This document shows, piece by piece, positions 9,968-18,524 of a DNA stretch of 64,000 nt (positions are counted from its first letter, which is position 1; each line of letters opens with the position of its first letter). Source of the DNA: Desulfatiglandales bacterium (lineage in GTDB: Bacteria; Desulfobacterota; DSM-4660; Desulfatiglandales; HGW-15); NCBI GenBank assembly GCA_963667015.2, contig CAXXJJ010000004.1, positions 2,816,001 through 2,880,000 on the forward strand. Reading direction: 5' to 3'. The translations under genes were made by a program, and so were the position numbers. The notes beneath the pieces were generated by a model. The model was not told where the DNA came from, did no database searches, and saw nothing but the letters and a program-made list of their open reading frames with translations.

Positions 9968-11182
9968 CTAGATAACAGGACGAATAGTATTAAAGGGAGA
10001 TTTATACAATTCCTGAAGCACAAGACTCGCTGCACCCTTTGCCCAGTCGGTATGCTGCCATTCGGGAACAATTACCTTTGTCAGGGCCAGCATATCGCTG
10101 AATGTATGCCTTTTCACAGCATCGGTCATGGGCTTAAACATCAGGTCGCCGGCTTCCACTCCCTGGCCGGAAATAATGATTTTTTCCGGATTAAAGATAT
10201 TGATAAGAATCGATATACCAACACCCAGGTGATGACCTGCCGTTTCAAGTATATTAACAAGATCGACCTGTCCAGATTTTGCTGCAGCTACCACCTCGCT
10301 GAAGGTTATTTCTGAGTCGGTCTCCCTGACCCACAGACCTTTTTCAGCCACTTTCTCTGCCTGATTAATAATAGCCATCGCCCCGAGGACCGTCGCCAGG
10401 CAGCCTCTTTTTCCACAGACACATTCCTCTCCGTCAGGGGCAACCGGGACGTGCCCCATCTCTCCGGCAAAACCCCTTGTACCCCTGAAGAGCTGGCCGT
10501 TTGCCATAATACCCATTCCAACGCCTTCTTCTATTGTTATGACAAGGAAATTATCAACGCCTTTGCCTTCTCCGAACCACTGATGGGCAAGAGTCAGGGT
10601 GTTTGCATCATTTTCAATATATGTCTTTATATTCAGGCGGTCATAGAGCCGGTTCCTCAGGGGAACCTCCCCGGCTTCATAAAGAGGGCTCCAGTAGCAT
10701 GTGCCGGTGCTGCTGTCGACTACTCCGGGGATACCAACACCCACCCCTGAGATATTACCCATGGAAAGGCCGGCGTCGCCCACTGCCTTAATGATAATAT
10801 CCTCCATAAAGCCGGTAATAAAATCGACATTTTTTCTGCGGAAATTCTCTTCCCGGACTATTGCACTCCTTGTTTCTCCCTGCATATCGCACACAGCACA
10901 GCTCATTTTGCTGGCTGCCAGCTTTACACCAACTACATATGCGGCATCAGGATTCAATGCAAGGAGCACACGGTTGCGGCCGCGCTCACCGGTGACTTCT
11001 GTGTTCTTTTCAAAAATTAAACCATTTTCGATCATCTGGGCAGTAATCGTTGTTACTGATGCCCTGCTTTGTCCGGTAATATCTGCTATCTCAGAACGTG
11101 AAACCGCCCCTCTGGCACGGATGCTGTTTAAAATATTAAACTGGTTAATAGCACGAATAAGATCCAAATTTGCTGATGGCAT
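9968..11182 (-). CDS. ROK family transcriptional regulator (NagC/XylR-like)
   Basis: N-terminal wHTH (SRSEIADITGQSRASVT), ENDAN, GEMGH, CVCGKRGCL. Confidence 0.95.
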   Translation of the reverse strand: MPSANLDLIRAINQFNILNSIRARGAVSRSEIADITGQSRASVTTITAQMIENGLIFEKNTEVTGERGRNRVLLALNPDAAYVVGVKLAASKMSCAVCDMQGETRSAIVREENFRRKNVDFITGFMEDIIIKAVGDAGLSMGNISGVGVGIPGVVDSSTGTCYWSPLYEAGEVPLRNRLYDRLNIKTYIENDANTLTLAHQWFGEGKGVDNFLVITIEEGVGMGIMANGQLFRGTRGFAGEMGHVPVAPDGEECVCGKRGCLATVLGAMAIINQAEKVAEKGLWVRETDSEITFSEVVAAAKSGQVDLVNILETAGHHLGVGISILINIFNPEKIIISGQGVEAGDLMFKPMTDAVKRHTFSDMLALTKVIVPEWQHTDWAKGAASLVLQELYKSPFNTIRPVI

Positions 11183-11357
11183 AAAAAAATCTTCTCCCCA
11201 AAATAAAATGGTTAGTTACTAAAAACTCAAATTGCTTTAATTTTAAGGTGTGCAAGACTATATTAGATTCAGTTAATTCAGATTGTTACAGTATTATTCA
11301 GGATTTGGCAATAAATCTTTTTAAAAAAACAGCCCCTTAAATAAATAATCTGTATTA

Positions 11358-12434
11358 TTACACATAAGTAATTTTATATTCAGAGGCCAGGTTCATCATA
11401 AAAAATGCAAAGGGCCTGTCAACATATCTTGTTATAATCGGGGCATGCACCGTGCCTTTTGGGCAAACCACGGCAGTCGGTTTATCGAAGACATACCGTT
11501 CGCGCTCTTCACCCAGATCTATTGAGATCTCTGCCCCAAGATAATTGATATCGGCCGGGTCAGTTCCTGCAAAGACAAGCACTTCATCACTCGGGTGTAC
11601 ATGGGCGCCGTCAGATTTGCCCGGTCCTCTGTGCCAGATTCCCGGTTTTTTATGAAAACCCCATGTATAATTGAGTTTCATACCCTCCAGATCTTCCCCC
11701 TTCATCCACATGACTTTATCTGTGTTTCCGGGCCCCGGACGCATAACATCACCCTTTGCCACTGCCTCTTCATACCCTGCCTTTTCCTCTGCTGACATAT
11801 CTTCAGTTAATGAGGCCATCGGTTTCATGGTTTTAATGAGATGTGCCTGTTTATTGCCGTATGTCATGGTATCCTCATTCACGGCATATCTTTTTTTGGG
11901 AAAAGTCGAAACCATGAAGGGCTTCCTGTCACTGTTGGTCATTGCCTGCATCTGCTTCATCTGGGCTTCGCTTATTCCATCTCCCATCCAGGCAGTTCTG
12001 GGCTCTGCGCCAAGAGAAATAATAAAAAAGCTGTATCCTATGGGGCTGGTAACCTCTTTTGTAACCGAGGGGCAATGTAAAACTCCTCCCTTCGCGACTA
12101 TAACAGACGGTTTATTAAAGGTGTGAACCTCCAGTTCCTTTCCCAGGCAGTACTGCATTTCCGCGCCCAGGTATTCAATGTTGTCAGGATCAAGTCCTAC
12201 AAAGACCAGAGCCTCAGGATATGGATGCACGTGAGGATCCATGCCGGGATGCCAGTCACCAAGACCGGTATAAAATCCCCATGAAAAATTGAGCTCAAGA
12301 CCTTCGAGGTGATCTCTTCCGTTCAGCCATAAATTTATATCTGCATTACCTGTATTTCTAAACGCCCTTTCCGCCCCGGGCATTGCTGCGATACTTAAGG
12401 GTTTAACCAGATGTGCATATTTATTTCCTTCCAT
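11358..12434 (-). CDS. Tandem-domain cupin-like protein
   Basis: Two internal repeats, each with HVHP..E and H(C/A)P motifs. Confidence 0.7.
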   Translation of the reverse strand: MEGNKYAHLVKPLSIAAMPGAERAFRNTGNADINLWLNGRDHLEGLELNFSWGFYTGLGDWHPGMDPHVHPYPEALVFVGLDPDNIEYLGAEMQYCLGKELEVHTFNKPSVIVAKGGVLHCPSVTKEVTSPIGYSFFIISLGAEPRTAWMGDGISEAQMKQMQAMTNSDRKPFMVSTFPKKRYAVNEDTMTYGNKQAHLIKTMKPMASLTEDMSAEEKAGYEEAVAKGDVMRPGPGNTDKVMWMKGEDLEGMKLNYTWGFHKKPGIWHRGPGKSDGAHVHPSDEVLVFAGTDPADINYLGAEISIDLGEERERYVFDKPTAVVCPKGTVHAPIITRYVDRPFAFFMMNLASEYKITYV

Positions 12435-12491
12435 TTCAGATGTCCCTCCCTGTAATGTTAAATTGGCAAATTTATGACAACTTATTTTTAA

Positions 12492-12593
12492 CCACGAAGA
12501 GCACGAAGAAAAACCTTTTATGATTTTAAAAACAGGAAATCGCTTTTGTCTTTTTTTTTATAATTATAATGTTTTTCTTCGTGCTCTTCGTGG
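12492..12593. repeat. Perfect 23-bp inverted repeat built from 9-mer units
   Basis: ccacgaagagcacgaagaaaaac (12492-12514) and gtttttcttcgtgctcttcgtgg (12571-12593); an extra cttcgtggtta unit follows. Confidence 0.85.
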
Positions 12594-12616
12594 CCTTCGT
12601 GGTTAACAACACAACA

Positions 12617-13735
12617 TTAATCAACTGTTTCTATTTCAGGATTTTTACTCAAACCAATTGTGTACGCAGCAAAGGGTCTGTCTACCCACCTGGTTACGAC
12701 AGGATTATGCGGCAGACCTTCCGGAAGTAAAACTGCAGTGGGTTTTTCTATGATATGCCTTTCATGTTCCTCTCCCAGTTCAATTTCTATCTGAGCGCCC
12801 AGATAATCTATGTCAGCCGGATCAAGCCCTGCAAAGACAAGAACCTCCGGTGCATAATTTTTTCGTGCACCTATACCGCGGTGCCATATCCCCGGACTGC
12901 TGTAGTATCCCCAGTTGAAGTTCATATTCAGATCTCCGAGATCCTTTCCAAACATCCATGTGAGGTGATCGGCGTATCCCGGTCCGGGTATTTCTCCTCT
13001 CTTTTTCATTTCTTCATGGTAGAGAGAGCCCGAGGCTGAAAGGGAATTACGGATATCGCTTCTTTCAATAAAAAATCCCGAACTCAAGGGTTTTACAAGA
13101 TGGGCATATTTACCTGTTGGCGCAGTCGGATTTTTTTTGATTCTTTTCTTTGAAACACTGGATTTCATCGGCAGTTTTATTCCCTGCTTTTCAGCCATTT
13201 CTGCCATTGCCTTTAAGGTTTCTTCGGATAAACCTTCCCCCATCCAGGTGGTTGCAGGCTCTGCTCCAAGGCAAAGCAGGAAAAAACCATAACCCTTCGG
13301 GCTGAATACCCTCTTTGTTATAAGGGGGCAATGCTGTAATCCCGCAGGAATAATAACAACAGTTGGTTCGTCAAAGGTATATGTTTCCTGCTCCTTTCCA
13401 AGGGAGATCTCGACTTCAGCCCCCAGATAATTCATCTTGGCCGAATCAAGTCCTACAAATACAAGACATTCGGCATAGGGATGCACATGTGGATCCTGGC
13501 CGGTGTGCCAGTCACCTAGTCCGCTGTAAAAGCCCCATGAAAAATTCAAATCCAATCCCCCCAGATGGTCTCTTCCATTCAGCCATAAAATTTTATCGGC
13601 ATTTCCCGGCCCCATAAAAGAAGAGGTCTCAGGGGCATCTGTACTCTCGATCGCCGGCATTTCAATCCTGCCCAGACTCAATGGTTTTATAAGATGTTCA
13701 TATTTTTTTTGCGGCATGACAAAACACTCCTCCAT
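12617..13735 (-). CDS. Tandem-domain cupin-like protein (paralogue of 11358-12434)
   Basis: Shares WLNGRDHL.GL.LNFSWGFY.GLGDWH...DPHVHPY.E with its neighbour; the second domain lacks the HxH motif. Confidence 0.7.
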   Translation of the reverse strand: MEECFVMPQKKYEHLIKPLSLGRIEMPAIESTDAPETSSFMGPGNADKILWLNGRDHLGGLDLNFSWGFYSGLGDWHTGQDPHVHPYAECLVFVGLDSAKMNYLGAEVEISLGKEQETYTFDEPTVVIIPAGLQHCPLITKRVFSPKGYGFFLLCLGAEPATTWMGEGLSEETLKAMAEMAEKQGIKLPMKSSVSKKRIKKNPTAPTGKYAHLVKPLSSGFFIERSDIRNSLSASGSLYHEEMKKRGEIPGPGYADHLTWMFGKDLGDLNMNFNWGYYSSPGIWHRGIGARKNYAPEVLVFAGLDPADIDYLGAQIEIELGEEHERHIIEKPTAVLLPEGLPHNPVVTRWVDRPFAAYTIGLSKNPEIETVD

Positions 13736-13938
13736 GGTTAACAGTTACATATTTTTGCGGGATATGACACAGGTTTTGAATTGACTACAGTGAATATGTG
13801 CAACGGCCGGATTATATTTCATGTATTATACCGAGTCAACCGCCGAGTCTTTTACCCTCAGGATTAAGAGAGATCTTTAATTTAATGTAAATACATGAAG
13901 GAAGGGAATGGGGATAATTAAAATGGATACTTTTGTTT

Positions 13939-14412
13939 TCAGATATATTTATCCAGCTTTTCAACTGGTGAATAATATCCCCATCGGATAAACCCTTTCA
14001 AAATATCATTACCTTTATCAAGTGTGATTGTATTTTCATGAATAAGTTCAATAAGCACTCCAATACTTCCTGAGACTCGTATACCTTCTCTCAGGGCAAA
14101 CTTGCGAGCCATCATGTCATCACTTAAAAAATCATATTTTCTATGAATCGCAAGAACAAGGCAGGATGCTTCTCCTGATCCGAGCTTTTGATTCAGGAAA
14201 GTATACAGGTTTCTCTCGACTTTATTTTCAAAATCCAGTTTATCAAGCCAGGAGAAATCAGACTTTTTGAATAAACCAGCTTGGACTCCATTCTCAAATT
14301 CGTTGTATACGTATATTGTTGTAGCCCCGGAGTCATTACAAAATTGTTTAAGGAGGGATAATTCATCAACAAGAGTAAAATTTGACAGGACAGTGTTATC
14401 CAATAGTATCAT
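13939..14412 (-). CDS. PIN-domain protein, DUF3368-like (putative toxin)
   Basis: ILLDNTVLSNF, LGSGEASCL, LSDDMMAR, GSIGVL motifs. Confidence 0.8.
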   Translation of the reverse strand: MILLDNTVLSNFTLVDELSLLKQFCNDSGATTIYVYNEFENGVQAGLFKKSDFSWLDKLDFENKVERNLYTFLNQKLGSGEASCLVLAIHRKYDFLSDDMMARKFALREGIRVSGSIGVLIELIHENTITLDKGNDILKGFIRWGYYSPVEKLDKYI

Positions 14413-14705
14413 TTGTTTTTAGCCTGCATTTTTTCAGCAGCAGCAGCTTCGGCTTGAATCTCTTCACCTGAGGATAAGCCAATTTTAACAGGAATTCCTC
14501 TGGATAAAAAACGTTCTCTCAATTTAACCGGATGTATATTTAACAACTCTGCAGTCTTGCTAAAGTTTATGTCACCATCCATATATGCACCGATAATAAG
14601 CTTTTCTTTTAATGCATCTTCCTTATCAAGTAACATTTTAATAGCTCCGTCAACTACATCCGGTTCTATCTCTCTCAATTTTTCAAGCTGTTTTAATTGC
14701 CACAT
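14409..14705 (-). CDS. UPF0175-like HTH protein (putative antitoxin)
   Basis: Y.DGDINFSKTAELL...RGIP motif; 4-nt overlap with the PIN gene. Confidence 0.75.
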   Translation of the reverse strand: MWQLKQLEKLREIEPDVVDGAIKMLLDKEDALKEKLIIGAYMDGDINFSKTAELLNIHPVKLRERFLSRGIPVKIGLSSGEEIQAEAAAAEKMQAKNK

Positions 14706-14822
14706 AAATTGCTCCTTTTCGAAAATATTTAAATTATAGTATTAATAACTTTTACCGTCAATTCAAAGAATTATGCCTGAATGATGAGAAAAATTCCAAT
14801 GGGCACAATCGTCGATTTCAAT

Positions 14823-14857
14823 AAAAAAAGGGCTAATCGTGGCAACGACTAACCCTT
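14823..14857 (-). terminator. Rho-independent terminator after tRNA-Phe
   Basis: Minus strand aaagggttagtcgt-tgcc-acgattagccc followed by a T run. Confidence 0.75.
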
Positions 14858-14879
14858 TCTTATTATTGTCTTTTTAAGA

Positions 14880-14952
<73 letters not shown>

Positions 14953-14967
14953 ATGTTTTGAAACGCT

Positions 14968-14996
14968 CTTATAACCTTTCCTTTTATGATGGTCAA
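14968..14996 (-). promoter_or_regulatory. sigma70-type promoter of tRNA-Phe
   Basis: TTGACC-17 nt-TATAAG on the minus strand just upstream of the tRNA. Confidence 0.7.
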
Positions 14997-15047
14997 GATG
15001 AAAATTGATAAAAATTTCTTTTAATCAATTCCCTTTGAGCACTGATA

Positions 15048-15082
15048 TCTCCGTCCATAAATTTGTAATTTATGGACGGAGA
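15048..15082. terminator. Perfect hairpin immediately after the 15087-16292 gene
   Basis: tctccgtccataaat-ttgta-atttatggacggaga (15-bp stem). Confidence 0.65.
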
Positions 15083-15086
15083 ATAA

Positions 15087-16292
15087 TCATTTTTTATCAT
15101 CTGAATCATCAAACTCCAGGTCCAGATCAAGATTTTCCAGATCGATAGTTAATCCATCATCAAACCCCAGCGTTTCTTCACTTCCAGCGGACTTGCTGTC
15201 ATCAGATGTATTTTCTTCAAAATCTGAAAGGCTCAGTTCACCGGTTTCATTGTTATCAAGGTTAAGATCAGAAAGGTCGAAGCCTTCATCACCATCAGAT
15301 CCATCTTCAATAGCCAGGTCACCAAGATCAAGGCCGTCTTCGGCACCAGAAGTGTCATCCAGATCCATGGTTTCCGATGTCATTATATCTTCATTGCCTG
15401 ACTCTTCCTGCCCACCCGTCTCATCAATGACGAGATCAGAAAGTTCAAGTGAACCGGTTTCACTTTTATCATCTTTCAGGTCGTCTGAATCTGTATCCAG
15501 TTCAAGACCGTCTTCAGAATCGAAATCAATATTTATTTCTTCCTCTTCAGGAAGCTTTTTCGGAGAATATATCTCATCGGGTATTGAATTGATTTCCAGC
15601 TCTCCGGTCTCATTTATTTTAAGATCACTTACATTCAATTCTACAGTCGAGTGACCTTCATTCTCGGTATCTGCTCCTTCTTCGGAAAAAGACCCGATTA
15701 CAGTGGTTTCTTCTGCTGATTCATCAAGCTCGTTATCCGGCACTCCATCCAGGACAAGCGAATCATTCGGAGATATCCCATCCATGCTATCAGTAATGCT
15801 TCCTTCCTCCAGTGAAACCTCTCCCAGATCAAGATTCAGATCATCGGCTGTTTCAGCACCGCCTTCTAATGATACTTCATCCATATCAAGGGAAAGCTCT
15901 TCATCATCACCGCCTAAATCAATATCGGTCACATCCCCGGCCTGGTCATCCAGGTCTATTTCAGGCAGTTCAAATTCTCCTGTATCATCGGTGAGGCTTA
16001 TTTCCAGGTCCTGATCGTCCTCACCAAAACTCAGGCCATCGCTTTCCATCATCGAAGATGTTTCTTCAAAATCAAGGCCTACCCCTGTACCGCGAAGGGC
16101 AGCATCACTATCCAGTGTAAAGCCTACATTGGATTCGTCTCCTGCGCCTACAAGCATCCCAAGCAGTTGAGGAGGGTTGCTTTTGTAGGTTGGCAGATTT
16201 AATTTGGCCTGCTCATCAGAAATATCTTTATTACACTTTGGGCATATCTGGTTATGATCAAAACTAATATAGCCGCACTTTGGACATCTCAT
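15087..16292 (-). CDS. Zinc-ribbon protein with a long, highly acidic low-complexity tail
   Basis: MRCPKCGYISFD...CPKC N-terminus followed by about 350 aa rich in D/E/L/S/G. Confidence 0.85.
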   Translation of the reverse strand: MRCPKCGYISFDHNQICPKCNKDISDEQAKLNLPTYKSNPPQLLGMLVGAGDESNVGFTLDSDAALRGTGVGLDFEETSSMMESDGLSFGEDDQDLEISLTDDTGEFELPEIDLDDQAGDVTDIDLGGDDEELSLDMDEVSLEGGAETADDLNLDLGEVSLEEGSITDSMDGISPNDSLVLDGVPDNELDESAEETTVIGSFSEEGADTENEGHSTVELNVSDLKINETGELEINSIPDEIYSPKKLPEEEEINIDFDSEDGLELDTDSDDLKDDKSETGSLELSDLVIDETGGQEESGNEDIMTSETMDLDDTSGAEDGLDLGDLAIEDGSDGDEGFDLSDLNLDNNETGELSLSDFEENTSDDSKSAGSEETLGFDDGLTIDLENLDLDLEFDDSDDKK

Positions 16293-16417
16293 GTTAATAC
16301 CCCTTAGTATAAAGTGTTTTAAAAAAAGGGTCTTTCGGTTAAATAAAATGAAAATTACATATTTTCATTTTTTCGTCAAGTATTTAATATTAAATGGCTT
16401 TTTACTAAAGCTCAAAC

Positions 16418-16870
16418 CTATTTACCTGTATCAACCCCTCTTTTGTTTACTATTGCATCCCTTGCCATCTTATCACACTCTTCATTTTCCATGTGCCCCT
16501 GATGGCCCTTTACCCAGATCCATTCTATTTTATGGGGACTACTGAACTCCAGCAGGGCTTCCCATAGATCCCTGTTTAAAACGGGTTTCTTCTGGGAGTT
16601 GATCCAGTTTTTCTTTATCCAGCCCTTTATCCACTCGGTCATCCCTTTTATTACATAGGATGAGTCTGAAACAACTTTTATCTTGCTGGGTTTTTTTACT
16701 GCCTTAAGGGCCTCAATGACCGCCATCAACTCCATTCGATTATTCGTCGTGGATGGATCATATCCTGAAATTTTTCTGGAATGCTCCCCATATCTCAAGA
16801 TTGCGCCATACCCTCCCGGTCCAGGATTTCCGCTGCATGCGCCGTCTGTATATATTTCTACAATACCCAT
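16418..16870 (-). CDS. rnhA: Ribonuclease HI
   Basis: IYTDGACSGNPGPGG, TTNNRMEL, WVKGH.GH.ENE.CD. Confidence 0.97.
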   Translation of the reverse strand: MGIVEIYTDGACSGNPGPGGYGAILRYGEHSRKISGYDPSTTNNRMELMAVIEALKAVKKPSKIKVVSDSSYVIKGMTEWIKGWIKKNWINSQKKPVLNRDLWEALLEFSSPHKIEWIWVKGHQGHMENEECDKMARDAIVNKRGVDTGK

Positions 16871-16872
16871 TA

Positions 16873-17568
16873 CTATTTAAACCTGGAATTAACCCGGATC
16901 CTGATTTCGGGTTTTTCTTTATAATTCGTGCTAAGCCTTAGATAGCCACTGAAAATTCCAGGAACATCGGGTTGATTCTGGAAATTTATTTTATAAAGCT
17001 TTCCCTCTTCAACCGTCTCCAGGGAATAATTCACCTTTCCTGCAAGTTCAGAGGATAATTTAATTGGTTTCAATATTAGAGGCTTATCCAGTCCGGCAGA
17101 TATGGACAGACCCATGCTCTTTGTTTCACCAGCCTTCCCTATCAACGAAACCGTGCTGGAAGGCGTAAATTTTATCATTGGTTTTACAGATCCTTCAAGC
17201 ATCAAACGAACTTGTCTATTTATGGGATCATTACTTTCAACTCTTATATATTTCTTAATCTTTCCCCGACTATTCCGGGTATTTATCCTTACCTTTATCT
17301 TGCCCTCTCCGCCCGGAGGGATGGTCCTGTCAAAATCGACAACCGAACAATGTCAGCCGGGACTAACCTTCCGAATCTTAAGCAGGGCATTTCCCCTGTT
17401 GTATACCGGGTAGGTATGTTCTATATAGGTGCCCTCCACCACCTCATCAGCAGTAAAGGCCTTTTCCTTAAAAAATATCTCAGGCGCTGTTTTATCCTGT
17501 CCCCAGGAAGTACTGCCCCAAAATACCGCTAAAATAAATATAAGAATAATAAATAATCTGTTTTTCAT
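16873..17568 (-). CDS. DUF1573-like (Ig-fold) exported protein with in-frame UGA, probable selenocysteine
   Basis: The 71-aa and 110-aa ORFs are one frame, interrupted only by TGA at 17353-17355: ...KIRKVSPG-U-HCSVVDFDRTIPPGGEGKIKV...SNDP...; the UGA sits at the first Cys of the family CxC motif. 231 aa on readthrough. Confidence 0.75.
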
Positions 17569-17621
17569 TTTTCGGTCTCAAAACATAAATAATAAATTTT
17601 AAATCGTGCCATCATAAAATG

Positions 17622-18263
17622 CTATATAGCTATCTCATTTTTTAATTTATAAGTAAGAATATCAAGTTTTACAGTAAAATCTATGTTCTCTATAATACAG
17701 TGATCAGGTGCCTGAAGCTGTGCCGGTGAAAAATTAAGTATGGCAGCAACCTTTGCGTCAAAAAACATATTTGCCGTTTCCTGAGCCCCTGAATAGGGAG
17801 TAGAAATAACCCCGATATCAATTCTATATTGCTTGACGAGCTCTTTCAAATCTCGAATATCTCTTATAACAAGACCTGAAGAGAGCTGATTACCTATTTT
17901 CTCAGGGTCAGTATCAAAAGCCGCTACAAAACGAAAACCTCTTGCCTTGAAATTCTGATTTTTTAAAAGCGCAGTTCCAAGATTCCCTATGCCGGCTATT
18001 CCCATTCTCCATTCCCTGTTAACAGCCAGTATTTTTTTTATCTCTCTTTGAAGTTCCCTGACATCATACCCGACACCGCGGATACCAAATTCTCCAAAGT
18101 AGCCGAGATCTTTACGCACCTGTGCGGGATTCACCTGGCACAACCATGCGAGTTTTTCTGAAGCGACCGTTCGATAACCGTCAAATTCAAGCAATTCCAG
18201 ATGCCTGTAATAGAGTGATAATCTTGTTATCGTTGCCTTGGGTATTTTTTCTCTTCGTTCCAT
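17622..18263 (-). CDS. rex: Redox-sensing transcriptional repressor Rex (paralogue 1)
   Basis: IPKATITRLSLY, AQVRKDLGYFGEFG.RGVGY, GIGNLG Rossmann motif, ILNFSP. Confidence 0.95.
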   Translation of the reverse strand: MERREKIPKATITRLSLYYRHLELLEFDGYRTVASEKLAWLCQVNPAQVRKDLGYFGEFGIRGVGYDVRELQREIKKILAVNREWRMGIAGIGNLGTALLKNQNFKARGFRFVAAFDTDPEKIGNQLSSGLVIRDIRDLKELVKQYRIDIGVISTPYSGAQETANMFFDAKVAAILNFSPAQLQAPDHCIIENIDFTVKLDILTYKLKNEIAI

Positions 18264-18524
18264 TAAAAATTATATAACAATAATTCGGATGTATGATATG
18301 TATGTTAAAATATAACGAAAAGTGATACAAGTTTACTGCTTGAAATTCAAAATTATCTAAACGTTGAAATCAGTATAAAACAATATTATAAGAAGTTTCA
18401 CCATATAACACAGCAGATTGCAAAATAACAATTAATTTATAATGCGTCAATTACAGGTCTTTTATAATTGAATGCATAAACCGTTTAATCACACCTGATG
18501 CATTAATGCAATAAACAGGCCATT

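Noticed and set aside
13831..13850. ccgagtcaaccgccgagtc as an att duplicate of the tRNA-Phe 3' end
   Set aside because: Only about 6 nt match; not significant.
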